From contig JAYTHU010000214.1 of assembly GCA_043732305.1 (NCBI GenBank), forward strand, positions 1-23,381: a stretch of DNA of 23,381 nucleotides, written 5' to 3'. Under the pieces are notes generated by a model. It did not search any database and was not told the DNA's origin. It was given only the letters and a program-made list of their open reading frames with translations. This stretch comes from Oligoflexia bacterium (lineage in GTDB: Bacteria; Bdellovibrionota; Bdellovibrionia; JABDDW01). Positions 15,573-23,381 of this stretch are shown here, piece after piece. Positions within the stretch are counted from its first letter, which is position 1; each line of letters begins with the position of its first letter. Both the position numbers and the translations under genes were made by a program.

Positions 15573-16178
15573 ATGATTGATTCTCATGCTGCTTTATTAC
15601 CTGAAAAATCCGTAAGCCTCGTGAGCGCGATTTATAATCGCCGCGCTGTGAGAGATTTTCGCCCAGACAAAATTGACTCATCTGTTATCCGTAAATTACT
15701 AGATGCTGCTGTTCATGCTCCTACCGCAGTTCATGAAGAACCGTGGGCCTTTGTGGTGATTCAAGATAAGGATCTTTTGAATGATTTGTCAGACAGTATA
15801 AAAAAGAATTTGGCTCTCGAGCCTGACCTGAAGGCATCTCCTTCTGAGTCTTCTTTTCGCGAACATGCCTTGAGTCCTGAGTTCAATGCTTTTTACAATG
15901 CAGAGACTCTGGTCATGATATGCGGAAAGCCCATTGGGCCGTTTGTCGTTTCCGATTGCTGGTTAGCGGCTGAGAATTTCATGCTTGCTGCATACGCAGA
16001 GGGACTCGGCACTTGCGTTATCGGACTCTCTGTCGCAGCACTCAATACGCCGGAATGGAAAAAACGATTTAAGATCCCACCCGAGATGACTATTTTTGCG
16101 CCGATCATTCTGGGTATCCCAGCGAGTGTAGCACCGATTGTGCCTCGTAAACCTGCAGAAATTCTTTTGTGGCAATGA
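15573..16178 (+). CDS. Nitroreductase family protein
   Basis: AIYNRRAVRDF, AAVHAPTA...EPWAFVVI and AENFMLAAYAEGLGTC; SD GGAG. Confidence 0.93.
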   Translation: MIDSHAALLPEKSVSLVSAIYNRRAVRDFRPDKIDSSVIRKLLDAAVHAPTAVHEEPWAFVVIQDKDLLNDLSDSIKKNLALEPDLKASPSESSFREHALSPEFNAFYNAETLVMICGKPIGPFVVSDCWLAAENFMLAAYAEGLGTCVIGLSVAALNTPEWKKRFKIPPEMTIFAPIILGIPASVAPIVPRKPAEILLWQ

Positions 16179-16199
16179 TGTATCCGAGAGAGGTTTGAA

Positions 16200-16640
16200 A
16201 TGCAAAAGGAGGATGTTGGAATTTTTCGAGCGCTCTTTGAGGCCGGCCGCCAGCGCGATCTCGAGGCCTTAGCAGATTCGATATCTGATGACTGTGAATG
16301 GGTGCTCATGCCAAATATGAAATCATACAAGGGCAGGGGCGCTATTGTAGAACTCTGTACAGGAGGGAAGCTCGCATCCAATTTACTGCCAGAGATAATC
16401 TTTGATGAAGCTAATGCAAGATGGGGAGTGTTCGAGTATATCAATCGCGGCATCATAACCAAAGAGTTGTCTGCCTTTGTGGCGACGTCTCGGTGGCAAT
16501 TACCGTCCCCCGCCGAAACGTTCCTGGGAAAGCAATTTGAAGTTCCAGTATGTTTTGTGTATCACCTCAATGGTGAAGGAAAAATTCACCTGATTCATGA
16601 ATATCTAGATCTCAGCAGTTTGATGAAACAGTTCAGTTGA
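16200..16640 (+). CDS. SnoaL-like / NTF2-family protein
   Basis: FEA...DLEALAD...YKGRGAI...GKIHLIHEYLD pattern; SD GAGG. Confidence 0.8.
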   Translation: MQKEDVGIFRALFEAGRQRDLEALADSISDDCEWVLMPNMKSYKGRGAIVELCTGGKLASNLLPEIIFDEANARWGVFEYINRGIITKELSAFVATSRWQLPSPAETFLGKQFEVPVCFVYHLNGEGKIHLIHEYLDLSSLMKQFS

Positions 16641-16665
16641 AGAAATTGAACAGGTGGTTTTCAAA

Positions 16666-17898
16666 ATGGAATTAGTTGCCACAGAATCAGTTAATCTTTT
16701 AAAAACCAAGCGATATATTTTGTTTTGGATTTCCAGTCTATTTTCAAACATGGGCACCTGGATGCAGCAGATAGCTGAGCCTTGGCTAGTTTTATCCATA
16801 AGTCAATCAGCTCTCTGGGTTGGTCTCGACAGTTTTGCTCTGAATGCACCCGGGTGGATTTTTACTCTTTGGGGTGGGGTGCTTGCGGATCGCAAAGACC
16901 GAAAAAGAATCATCCTTTTTTTTCAAGGCGCACAGTGGCTATGTGTGTTGGCCTTAGTTATTTTACTTTTGGTTGGGTGGCTCAAAGTTTGGATGATTGT
17001 TGTTATTTCATTTTTTGTTGGTCTCACTGATTCACTTTCTATGCCCTCCTTCCAATCCATTATTCCGTCGCTGGTGAGTTCCAAAGATATACCCAGAGCG
17101 GTCGCTTTCAATTCTGCACAATTCAATCTCTCTCGAGTCATAGGGCCGGCCGTTGCTGGAATCGTCATAGCTCGCTATGGAGTTGTCGCGTGTTTTGGAG
17201 CTAACGCGATTTCCTATTTGCCGTTTTTTCTTTCGGTCTATTGGATTTATCCCAAGGGCGTTGTTAAAACAGAGAAAAATTCGCCCGCCACTCAGCCTGT
17301 TTCACATATTCTTGAATATAAAAAAATTCTTAAATTACGAGAAGTCAGATTGCCTCTTTTCACCATTTTGGTGACGTCACTTTTTTGCGCTCCGCTCATC
17401 ACCTTTGCTCCAGTCATAATTAAAGATGTCTTTCATTCTGGTGTAGGAGGTTTCGGCTGGGCGATGGCCGCATTTGGTGTAGGAGGGATCTTAGGTGCAG
17501 GAACCTCTCTCATTCCTCTGCCTGAACTTTTTAAAAGAGATAAGTTGTCTATGATCAGTGCTGTTCTGCTAAGTTTTATTATTATTTGTGTTGCTTACAA
17601 TCGTTCAGAGTTTTTTCTTATTTTACTTCTTATTTTTTCGGGCGCTCTCTTAACAGTCGCAAATGTGAGTGCAAATTCCTTTCTTCAGCAAACTGCCGGG
17701 AGCCATTCTTTAGGTCGAATGGCGAGTCTGTATCAATTGGCATTGCACGGTGGAGTTTCGATCGGTGCACTTATGACTGGATTCACAGTGAATCAACTTG
17801 GGATCTCAAATGCGTTGATGCTTAACGGTTCGGCGGCCGTCGTTTTGCAAATATTAATCCTATGGAAACGTAGCCAGAGTCGGCAGACCATAGTTTGA
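16666..17898 (+). CDS. MFS transporter
   Basis: About 12 hydrophobic segments; SNMGTWMQ, GGVLADRKDRKR and FNLSRVIGPAVAG. Confidence 0.92.
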   Translation: MELVATESVNLLKTKRYILFWISSLFSNMGTWMQQIAEPWLVLSISQSALWVGLDSFALNAPGWIFTLWGGVLADRKDRKRIILFFQGAQWLCVLALVILLLVGWLKVWMIVVISFFVGLTDSLSMPSFQSIIPSLVSSKDIPRAVAFNSAQFNLSRVIGPAVAGIVIARYGVVACFGANAISYLPFFLSVYWIYPKGVVKTEKNSPATQPVSHILEYKKILKLREVRLPLFTILVTSLFCAPLITFAPVIIKDVFHSGVGGFGWAMAAFGVGGILGAGTSLIPLPELFKRDKLSMISAVLLSFIIICVAYNRSEFFLILLLIFSGALLTVANVSANSFLQQTAGSHSLGRMASLYQLALHGGVSIGALMTGFTVNQLGISNALMLNGSAAVVLQILILWKRSQSRQTIV

Positions 17899-17912
17899 CT
17901 CGACATGTGATT

Positions 17913-18617
17913 CTAAATTTGCAGCTCTGCAAATAGAGGCAAATGGTCGGACACCTTTTTCCACTGAGGAGAATTCAAGCGCTTAGAGGCATTTATTTTG
18001 AATCCTCGGGAATAAACCCGATCGAGACGGAGAGTCGGCATGATAGCGGGAAAGGTTTTGGCTGCCGATCCGTGAATTTCCGTGAATGCTTCTTTCAGGT
18101 TCGAATTTTTTGATAAATACAAATTTGCCTTCAAACTCCAATCGTTAAAATCACCAGCTAAAATTATGCGCTCTGGCTCAGGTGCAAGTTTTCCAATATA
18201 GTCTGTGATAATTCCCAATTGCTTCCGCCTGCTTCTTTCCAGAAGATTGAGATGCGTACAAAATAAATGAGTTTCGGGTCCACCTTTTTGAGCAGCTACG
18301 GTAAGATGGAGGAGGCCTCGTTTTTCAAAACGGTTTTGGGAAATATTGATATTATTTTTCAAAATGATGGGAAATTTACTGAGGATCGCATTTCCATGAT
18401 CGCCTCCTGCGTAGGCGGCGTTTTTGCCATAAGTGGCGTGGGGCCAAAAACTCTCTCCAAGGTATTTGACTTGGTCCCCTCTGATTTCCTGCAGAAAAAT
18501 CAGATCCACATCGAGTTTTCTCAATTCTTCCCTCATCTGGGGCAGGGTAAAAGTTAAATTACCGGCACTAGATCCTTTGTGGATATTATAGGATATAAGT
18601 TTTATTTTAGTTCCCAT
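17913..18617 (-). CDS. Endonuclease/exonuclease/phosphatase (YbhP-like) protein
   Basis: SYNIHKG, FLQE, HGNAILS, AGDFND, LDR and SDHLPL. Confidence 0.92.
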   Translation of the reverse strand: MGTKIKLISYNIHKGSSAGNLTFTLPQMREELRKLDVDLIFLQEIRGDQVKYLGESFWPHATYGKNAAYAGGDHGNAILSKFPIILKNNINISQNRFEKRGLLHLTVAAQKGGPETHLFCTHLNLLERSRRKQLGIITDYIGKLAPEPERIILAGDFNDWSLKANLYLSKNSNLKEAFTEIHGSAAKTFPAIMPTLRLDRVYSRGFKINASKRLNSPQWKKVSDHLPLFAELQI

Positions 18618-18636
18618 TTTAAGTTATATTGCCTCC

Positions 18637-19953
18637 ATGAAAACTGAAATTGCTTGGAGTCTCTCTCATATCTTTTCAATATTAAATTTTATCCTAACCC
18701 TTCTTTTTGTATCCTATATTCTTAGACGATCCCAAAAACCTCCGGGGAGCACTCTTGCTTGGCTTTTATTTGTAGCGGTTGTGCCTTATTTGGGGATTCC
18801 AATATACGTTTTTCTTAGCCGACGCAAATACCTGGTTCAGCGTGAAAAAATAACAGCCGAAGGATTTGAGCCACGGCCCAACATCATTGTGGATTTTGAT
18901 TTCACTGGTGAAGAAATATTTTCTGAAATTTCAGGTGTTCTTCGCTCAGCCCAATCGTCAATATATTTTTCGACTTTTATTTTTGCAGATGACGAAGTAG
19001 GAAGGTCAATTGTAAAAATTCTTGAGGAAAAGGCCAGTGAGGGAGTGCGTGTTCATATTCTGCTCGATTCCTTAGGAACATTTTGGGTGAAAAAACCTTC
19101 ATTTGTAAAACTTAAAAGTTTGGGCGGAGAGGTGAGGCAATTTATGCCCCTATTCCACTTTTCAACAAAGGAGCGTTCAAATTTTAGAAATCATAGAAAA
19201 ATTATAAGTGTGGATTCAAAAAAAGCGGTCATTGGGGGAGTCAATATCGCTATGGAATATATGGGACCAGACAATAACGTAGAAAGATGGATAGATTTTT
19301 GCGTTAGCATTGAGGGGGCTTCCGTATATGACATAGAAAAAATATTTGTTAGTGATTGGAAGGTGGCTACGGGCAATGATCTGGAGCTAACGAATTTCTA
19401 TTCCAACGATATAAAGTCACAAAATTTGATTCAAATTGTTCCGAGTGGTCCGGACGTTAAAGAAGACGCACTGTATGATTCTTTGCTGACTTCGATTTAT
19501 GCGGCCAAAGATAGAATTTGGGTTGCCAGCCCTTACTTTATTCCTGACGAGTCGCTCAGCAAAGCTCTTGAGCTTGCGGCAAAGAGGGGACTGGATGTTA
19601 GAATCCTGGTGCCGTCCAAATCCAACCACGTCCTGGCGGACTTAGCCCGCGGCTCTTATCTGAAGCAACTTTCTCAAGCGGGTTGCCAAATTTTATTTTA
19701 TCCAAAAATGCTTCACGCTAAAGCTGTGGTGTTTGATTCAAATTCTGCCATTGTGGGCTCAGCCAATTTCGATATGCGAAGTCTTCGCTTAAATTTTGAA
19801 ATTGGGATTTTTCTGCAGTCGCCGGAAATAATTTTTCCCGTTGAAAACCGGTTTAAAGAAATGTTTACGGAGGCGAGACGCCCGACTCTGAGCCATGGTT
19901 ATTGGATTGAGCTTGCTGAAGGGCTGGGTCGAATCGTCGGCCCCTTGATTTAG
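18637..19953 (+). CDS. cls: Cardiolipin synthase (phospholipase D family)
   Basis: Two N-terminal TM helices; two HKD motifs, RNHRKIISVD and MLHAKAVVFD...GSANFD. Confidence 0.92.
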   Translation: MKTEIAWSLSHIFSILNFILTLLFVSYILRRSQKPPGSTLAWLLFVAVVPYLGIPIYVFLSRRKYLVQREKITAEGFEPRPNIIVDFDFTGEEIFSEISGVLRSAQSSIYFSTFIFADDEVGRSIVKILEEKASEGVRVHILLDSLGTFWVKKPSFVKLKSLGGEVRQFMPLFHFSTKERSNFRNHRKIISVDSKKAVIGGVNIAMEYMGPDNNVERWIDFCVSIEGASVYDIEKIFVSDWKVATGNDLELTNFYSNDIKSQNLIQIVPSGPDVKEDALYDSLLTSIYAAKDRIWVASPYFIPDESLSKALELAAKRGLDVRILVPSKSNHVLADLARGSYLKQLSQAGCQILFYPKMLHAKAVVFDSNSAIVGSANFDMRSLRLNFEIGIFLQSPEIIFPVENRFKEMFTEARRPTLSHGYWIELAEGLGRIVGPLI

Positions 19954-19962
19954 TTTCTTTAC

Positions 19963-20238
19963 TTATGCAGTGGTGATCCCGTCTTGGTAGCGCTTTTCAT
20001 ATCTTTTTAATATTTTGTCAAAAACTTGAGCTTTTTCGACGGTCCTGAAGTTATGGGCTTGTTTGTTGGCCACTATTTGCCTTTGAGTCAGATCGCGATA
20101 TTTATCTCTGAGCTTTCTGGTCAGCTTAATGTACTTTTTCAAAGTGGCTTGTGAGTGTTGCTTCACATTTTTGTGAGAACCAGAATCAATGATATCCATC
20201 TCCTTTTCGGACATGAGAGCTTTGATTTTTTCTTTCAT
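19963..20238 (-). CDS. Hypothetical protein (LRDKY motif), paralog of 15031-15318
   Basis: 91 aa, SD AAGGAG, overlaps the upstream stop. Confidence 0.75.
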   Translation of the reverse strand: MKEKIKALMSEKEMDIIDSGSHKNVKQHSQATLKKYIKLTRKLRDKYRDLTQRQIVANKQAHNFRTVEKAQVFDKILKRYEKRYQDGITTA

Positions 20239-20429
20239 AATTTTACTCCTTCGGGCCCTTTACATTCATCGACATGTTTGCCGTGCAACCGGTGAAAATG
20301 GCCGTCGTGGACATAGTCAACATGATCACCGTGCTCAACAGTTTTATGGCCGCAGTTTTTCCCGTGAACGTGTTGGTGATTCTTTAAAACATCGCATTTG
20401 TCTTCGACCGAAGTTTTTTGATTCACCAT
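20235..20429 (-). CDS. Small His/Cys-rich putative metal-binding protein
   Basis: HQHVHGKNCGHKTVEHGDHVDYVHDGHFHRLHGKHVDEC; TAATG coupling with the upstream gene. Confidence 0.8.
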   Translation of the reverse strand: MVNQKTSVEDKCDVLKNHQHVHGKNCGHKTVEHGDHVDYVHDGHFHRLHGKHVDECKGPEGVKL

Positions 20430-20722
20430 TAGAGGGCCCCCTGATTAGCCGCTTTTTTAGCGGTTTCCGAACCGACGGGTTGCCTAGATTGGGTCTTGAA
20501 AGGAGAAAGGTGGGCCTTTACTTTGAGATATTCACTTTCGTTGATATCTCCTCGGGCGAATCTCTCATCTAAAATGTCCAAAGCATCTTTGAAAGAGCCG
20601 TTTAAAAATCTTCTATGGGCACGGTAGGTGTAGTTCCAATTTCCGAGACTTGAGAAACAAAGAATCACAACCCCAAACCACAAAAACCATCCCCAACCGG
20701 CATACCAACTGTTCCAATACAT
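20429..20722 (-). CDS. SHOCT-domain membrane protein
   Basis: Trp-rich TM segment, then ALDILDERFARGDINESEY. Confidence 0.85.
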   Translation of the reverse strand: MYWNSWYAGWGWFLWFGVVILCFSSLGNWNYTYRAHRRFLNGSFKDALDILDERFARGDINESEYLKVKAHLSPFKTQSRQPVGSETAKKAANQGAL

Positions 20723-20742
20723 ATCTACTCCTTTGAAATAAG

Positions 20743-21408
20743 TTAATTCGCTATCTTCAAATTATTATCTAAGCTTCCAACTCCTGGGGCGTTCCAAATC
20801 GCAAGCCCCGCGTCGTTCATTTCAGAGAGGGAATGGACATTGCCTGTGAGAGTTACCTTGTCACCGTCGACAGCCACTTTGATGTCTCTTCCTTCGTTCT
20901 CCGCAGAACGCTTCAATGCCTCCTCTATCTTCATTTTCAAATCCAAGGGCTGAAGTCTAGTTTTTATTGTGATCTCTGAAGTGAGGCCTCGGACTCCTAG
21001 AAGCAAGCTTACTGCGTCCCTCGCTGAATTTTTCTGAAAATCCCAATCTACTTCTCCACTGAGAGTTAGCCAGCCTCTGTCGACTGAGACTTTAAGGCTA
21101 GTGGGGACCTCGTAATTCCAAGTCAATGCATTCACCGCTGCGGCGGCAATTTCCGCATCACTTTTAGCTTTTTCGTCATCCAGATTTACCTCTAACTCAT
21201 CGGCCACCCCTTGGACGCCTCCAACTCTTTGAACGGCTTTTTCAGCTTTCATTTTTTCCGAGTAGTGAGGAACACTTCCACTTAAGGTGATAATCCCATC
21301 ATTGGATTCAACTTCTATTTTTGAAGCAGAGATACTTGGATCCCAGATTAATTCTCTTCTCACATCTTTTTGAATTCTTGCATCGTCTTTTTGAAAAAAG
21401 TTAAACAT
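20743..21408 (-). CDS. Triple BON-domain protein, paralog 2
   Basis: 221 aa, same architecture as paralog 1; SD AAGGAG. Confidence 0.92.
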   Translation of the reverse strand: MFNFFQKDDARIQKDVRRELIWDPSISASKIEVESNDGIITLSGSVPHYSEKMKAEKAVQRVGGVQGVADELEVNLDDEKAKSDAEIAAAAVNALTWNYEVPTSLKVSVDRGWLTLSGEVDWDFQKNSARDAVSLLLGVRGLTSEITIKTRLQPLDLKMKIEEALKRSAENEGRDIKVAVDGDKVTLTGNVHSLSEMNDAGLAIWNAPGVGSLDNNLKIAN

Positions 21409-21447
21409 CTTATCTCCTTCTATTTGAATTTGTTTTCTTAAGGTGAC

Positions 21448-21463
21448 TGCAACTTGCGGGCCG
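21448..21463 (-). promoter_or_regulatory. Sigma54-type -24/-12 motif upstream of BON gene 2
   Basis: Minus strand CGGCCCGCAAGTTGCA (GG-N8-TTGCA). Confidence 0.55.
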
Positions 21464-21637
21464 CGCTCACATCGTTCGAGAGATCGACGCCTTCTTTTTC
21501 AGAACAAGTCGCGGGTTGATTTTCCTCTCAAGAGTCTTTTCCCCTCATTATGTGAGAACAAATCGGCGGACTACGTTCTGACCCTGTACATGAGTTTGCA
21601 TAGAAAGCGTATATAGATAAAAAATAAAGGAGAGCGA

Positions 21638-22486
21638 GTGGACAAAATAAATTTGAACAAGTCTCATTTCAAAACAATCGTGGTGGGTCTTGATTTTTCA
21701 CCCTACTCAAAAACAGTTTTGAAACAGGCTCAGTTTCTTTCAGAGAAATTTGGAGCAAGACTAATTGTAGTTTATGCACTCACCAACTACGCTCTCATTG
21801 CCGGGGAGATGGGAACTTTTGACTGGGAAGACGATATTATCGCCCCTGCCGAGAAAGAGATTCTAAAGTTTTACAAGCTTGATTCAACTTCCGTCAAAGT
21901 CATAGTAAGTCTGAAGAAAGCTTTCGACGCGATCACCTCGGCTGCCAACGACAACCCGTCGCCTCTCATCGTAGTAGGGCACAAAGGTTCTAATTCGATC
22001 TGGGGAAGATTTTTCATTGGAAGTACCGCGGAACAATTGGCTATCCACTCAAGGTTTCCTGTTTGGATTCATCGAGGATCTAAAATATCGACGGGCGAAA
22101 AATTCCTCATCCCGTGTGATTTCAGCGAAAGAACTATCAATTCTATTAAAGAAGCCGTTTCATTGGGAAAGACAAATGCCAAGTATTCACTTTTTCACGT
22201 CATCGAAAAAATATTTCCGATTCTAGACGCAAAAGTTTGGAATCAGATGCAAAGTTCTCAAAAGTCAAAACTTCAAAGTAATTTGAAACGCTTTGAAAAA
22301 CTCTATCCAACATTCATTGTTAAGAATCAGTCTGGAAATCCTGAGCAACTTATTCAGAAGCAAAGCAGCGGATTTGACCTCATTGTCATGAGTCCTCACG
22401 AACGTGAAGGATTGTTTTCCAGCTTGGGAAGTGTCACAGCCAAAGTGGTGCGGTCAGGAAAAGTTCCAGTGCTTATCGTGCACTGA
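21638..22486 (+). CDS. Universal stress protein (tandem USP domains)
   Basis: IVVGLDFS...LIVVGHKG...FIGSTAE and LIPCDFS...LIVMS...LGSVTAKVVR...PVLIV; SD AAGGAG with a GTG start. Confidence 0.92.
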   Translation: MDKINLNKSHFKTIVVGLDFSPYSKTVLKQAQFLSEKFGARLIVVYALTNYALIAGEMGTFDWEDDIIAPAEKEILKFYKLDSTSVKVIVSLKKAFDAITSAANDNPSPLIVVGHKGSNSIWGRFFIGSTAEQLAIHSRFPVWIHRGSKISTGEKFLIPCDFSERTINSIKEAVSLGKTNAKYSLFHVIEKIFPILDAKVWNQMQSSQKSKLQSNLKRFEKLYPTFIVKNQSGNPEQLIQKQSSGFDLIVMSPHEREGLFSSLGSVTAKVVRSGKVPVLIVH

Positions 22487-22572
22487 ATGTAGAAAAAGAT
22501 GGTTCGTTTTTACTCTTAGGTGTCAATTCACCTCAAACTTAAAGAGCAGATCGTCTGAAGGGGAAAGAGACC

Positions 22573-22588
22573 GGGATCCGAAATTGCA
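22573..22588 (+). promoter_or_regulatory. Sigma54-type -24/-12 motif upstream of BON gene 3
   Basis: GGGATCCGAAATTGCA (GG-N8-TTGCA). Confidence 0.55.
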
Positions 22589-22635
22589 ACCAGAGCCTTT
22601 CGACAAACAAAAATTTAATAACTGAAGGAGACAAT

Positions 22636-23304
22636 ATGTTTAATTTTTTTCATAAAAAAGATGATCAAATTCAAAGAGACGTGAAATCAGAAATAGCCTG
22701 GGATCCTAGGGTGGAGTCCCAAGATATTTCTGTTTCATCTAGAAATGGCGTTGTCACTCTGTCTGGCAGTGTTCCTCGATATTTTGAGCGACACAACGCA
22801 GAGGCCGCAGCCCGTCGGATTGGTGGGGTAAAAACCGTTGAAGATTTGCTTGAGATACATCCCCCTGACTCATACACAAGAAGTGATGAGCAGATCCAAG
22901 TTGCTGCAAATCAGGCCCTTGACTGGAATTATGAAGTTCCCGCCGGAATTGAGGTGTTGATAGAATGCGGTTGGGCAACGATCACTGGTGCAGTTGAGTG
23001 GGCCTATCAGAGGGATGCTGCCGAAAGTGCCATTGCGCGACTCACTGGAGTTGTTGGAGTCGATAACTTAATAACCATTGCTCCTAAAAAAGCGGACTTT
23101 TTTAGTGTTCGCGATGAAATTGAAGATGCGCTCAAAAGATCAGCTGCCGCGGAAGGCAACAAAGTTTTAGTGACGATCAATGACGGGACTGTGACTCTCT
23201 CTGGAAGTTTAGAATCCAGTGCGGATATAGAAACTGCTCGAATCGCTGCATGGAGCGGGGCCGGCGTGACGGACGTGATAAATAATCTGACGTTGTTACA
23301 GTAA
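22636..23304 (+). CDS. Triple BON-domain protein, paralog 3
   Basis: 222 aa, MFNFFHKKD start, same architecture; SD AAGGAG. Confidence 0.92.
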   Translation: MFNFFHKKDDQIQRDVKSEIAWDPRVESQDISVSSRNGVVTLSGSVPRYFERHNAEAAARRIGGVKTVEDLLEIHPPDSYTRSDEQIQVAANQALDWNYEVPAGIEVLIECGWATITGAVEWAYQRDAAESAIARLTGVVGVDNLITIAPKKADFFSVRDEIEDALKRSAAAEGNKVLVTINDGTVTLSGSLESSADIETARIAAWSGAGVTDVINNLTLLQ

Positions 23305-23381
23305 GAGCGGGACGGGTAGATGTACGACGTAAGCGAATTTCTAAATTTAGGAATAATAGATCTCTTTCACATTACCTCTAA

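Noticed and set aside
15573..17898. Nitroreductase, SnoaL protein and MFS as tailoring/export genes for the YcaO product
   Set aside because: They lie over 6 kb away, beyond the att junction and on the opposite strand; nothing in the sequence links them.
21585..21600. Sigma54-like motif upstream of the USP gene (TGTACATGAGTTTGCA)
   Set aside because: It has GT instead of the near-invariant GG at -24.
142..22978. Numerous short antisense or alternate-frame ORFs in the track (e.g. 142-345, 4389-4826, 5201-5689, 15893-16462)
   Set aside because: They overlap well-supported genes and have no motifs; treated as shadow ORFs.

Overview
The window has two accessory blocks joined at a tRNA-derived junction (about 10240-10760). 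Left block (1-10397, all genes on the minus strand) looks like one end of an integrative conjugative element. It holds a partial VirB4/TraC ATPase, VirB3/TraL-like and VirB2-like pilin genes, and a sigma-region-4-type HTH/Zn-finger regulator. Upstream of these lies a compact operon: standalone YcaO, a 50-aa secreted peptide missed by the ORF track, an orphan family-5 substrate-binding protein, a histidine kinase and a sigma54 (NtrC-type) response regulator. Paired TTCC-N8-GGAA palindromes and IHF-like sites lie upstream of both this operon and the downstream regulator, and a canonical -24/-12 promoter precedes ycaO. I infer a candidate modified-peptide (RiPP) quorum-sensing circuit controlling conjugation; this is the most novel element here and is untested. 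The junction has two copies of a 19-bp tRNA 3' end (probably tRNA-Ser), arm-like repeats, a 22-bp inverted-repeat element and a possible integrase tail. Right block (11023-23304) is stress/polyphosphate cargo: PPK2, CHAD, three paralogous triple-BON proteins each with a sigma54-type promoter motif, nitroreductase, SnoaL-like protein, MFS transporter, EEP hydrolase, cardiolipin synthase, SHOCT, a His-rich miniprotein and a USP. The host is a diderm bacterium; Bdellovibrionota-like is only an impression from protein style.
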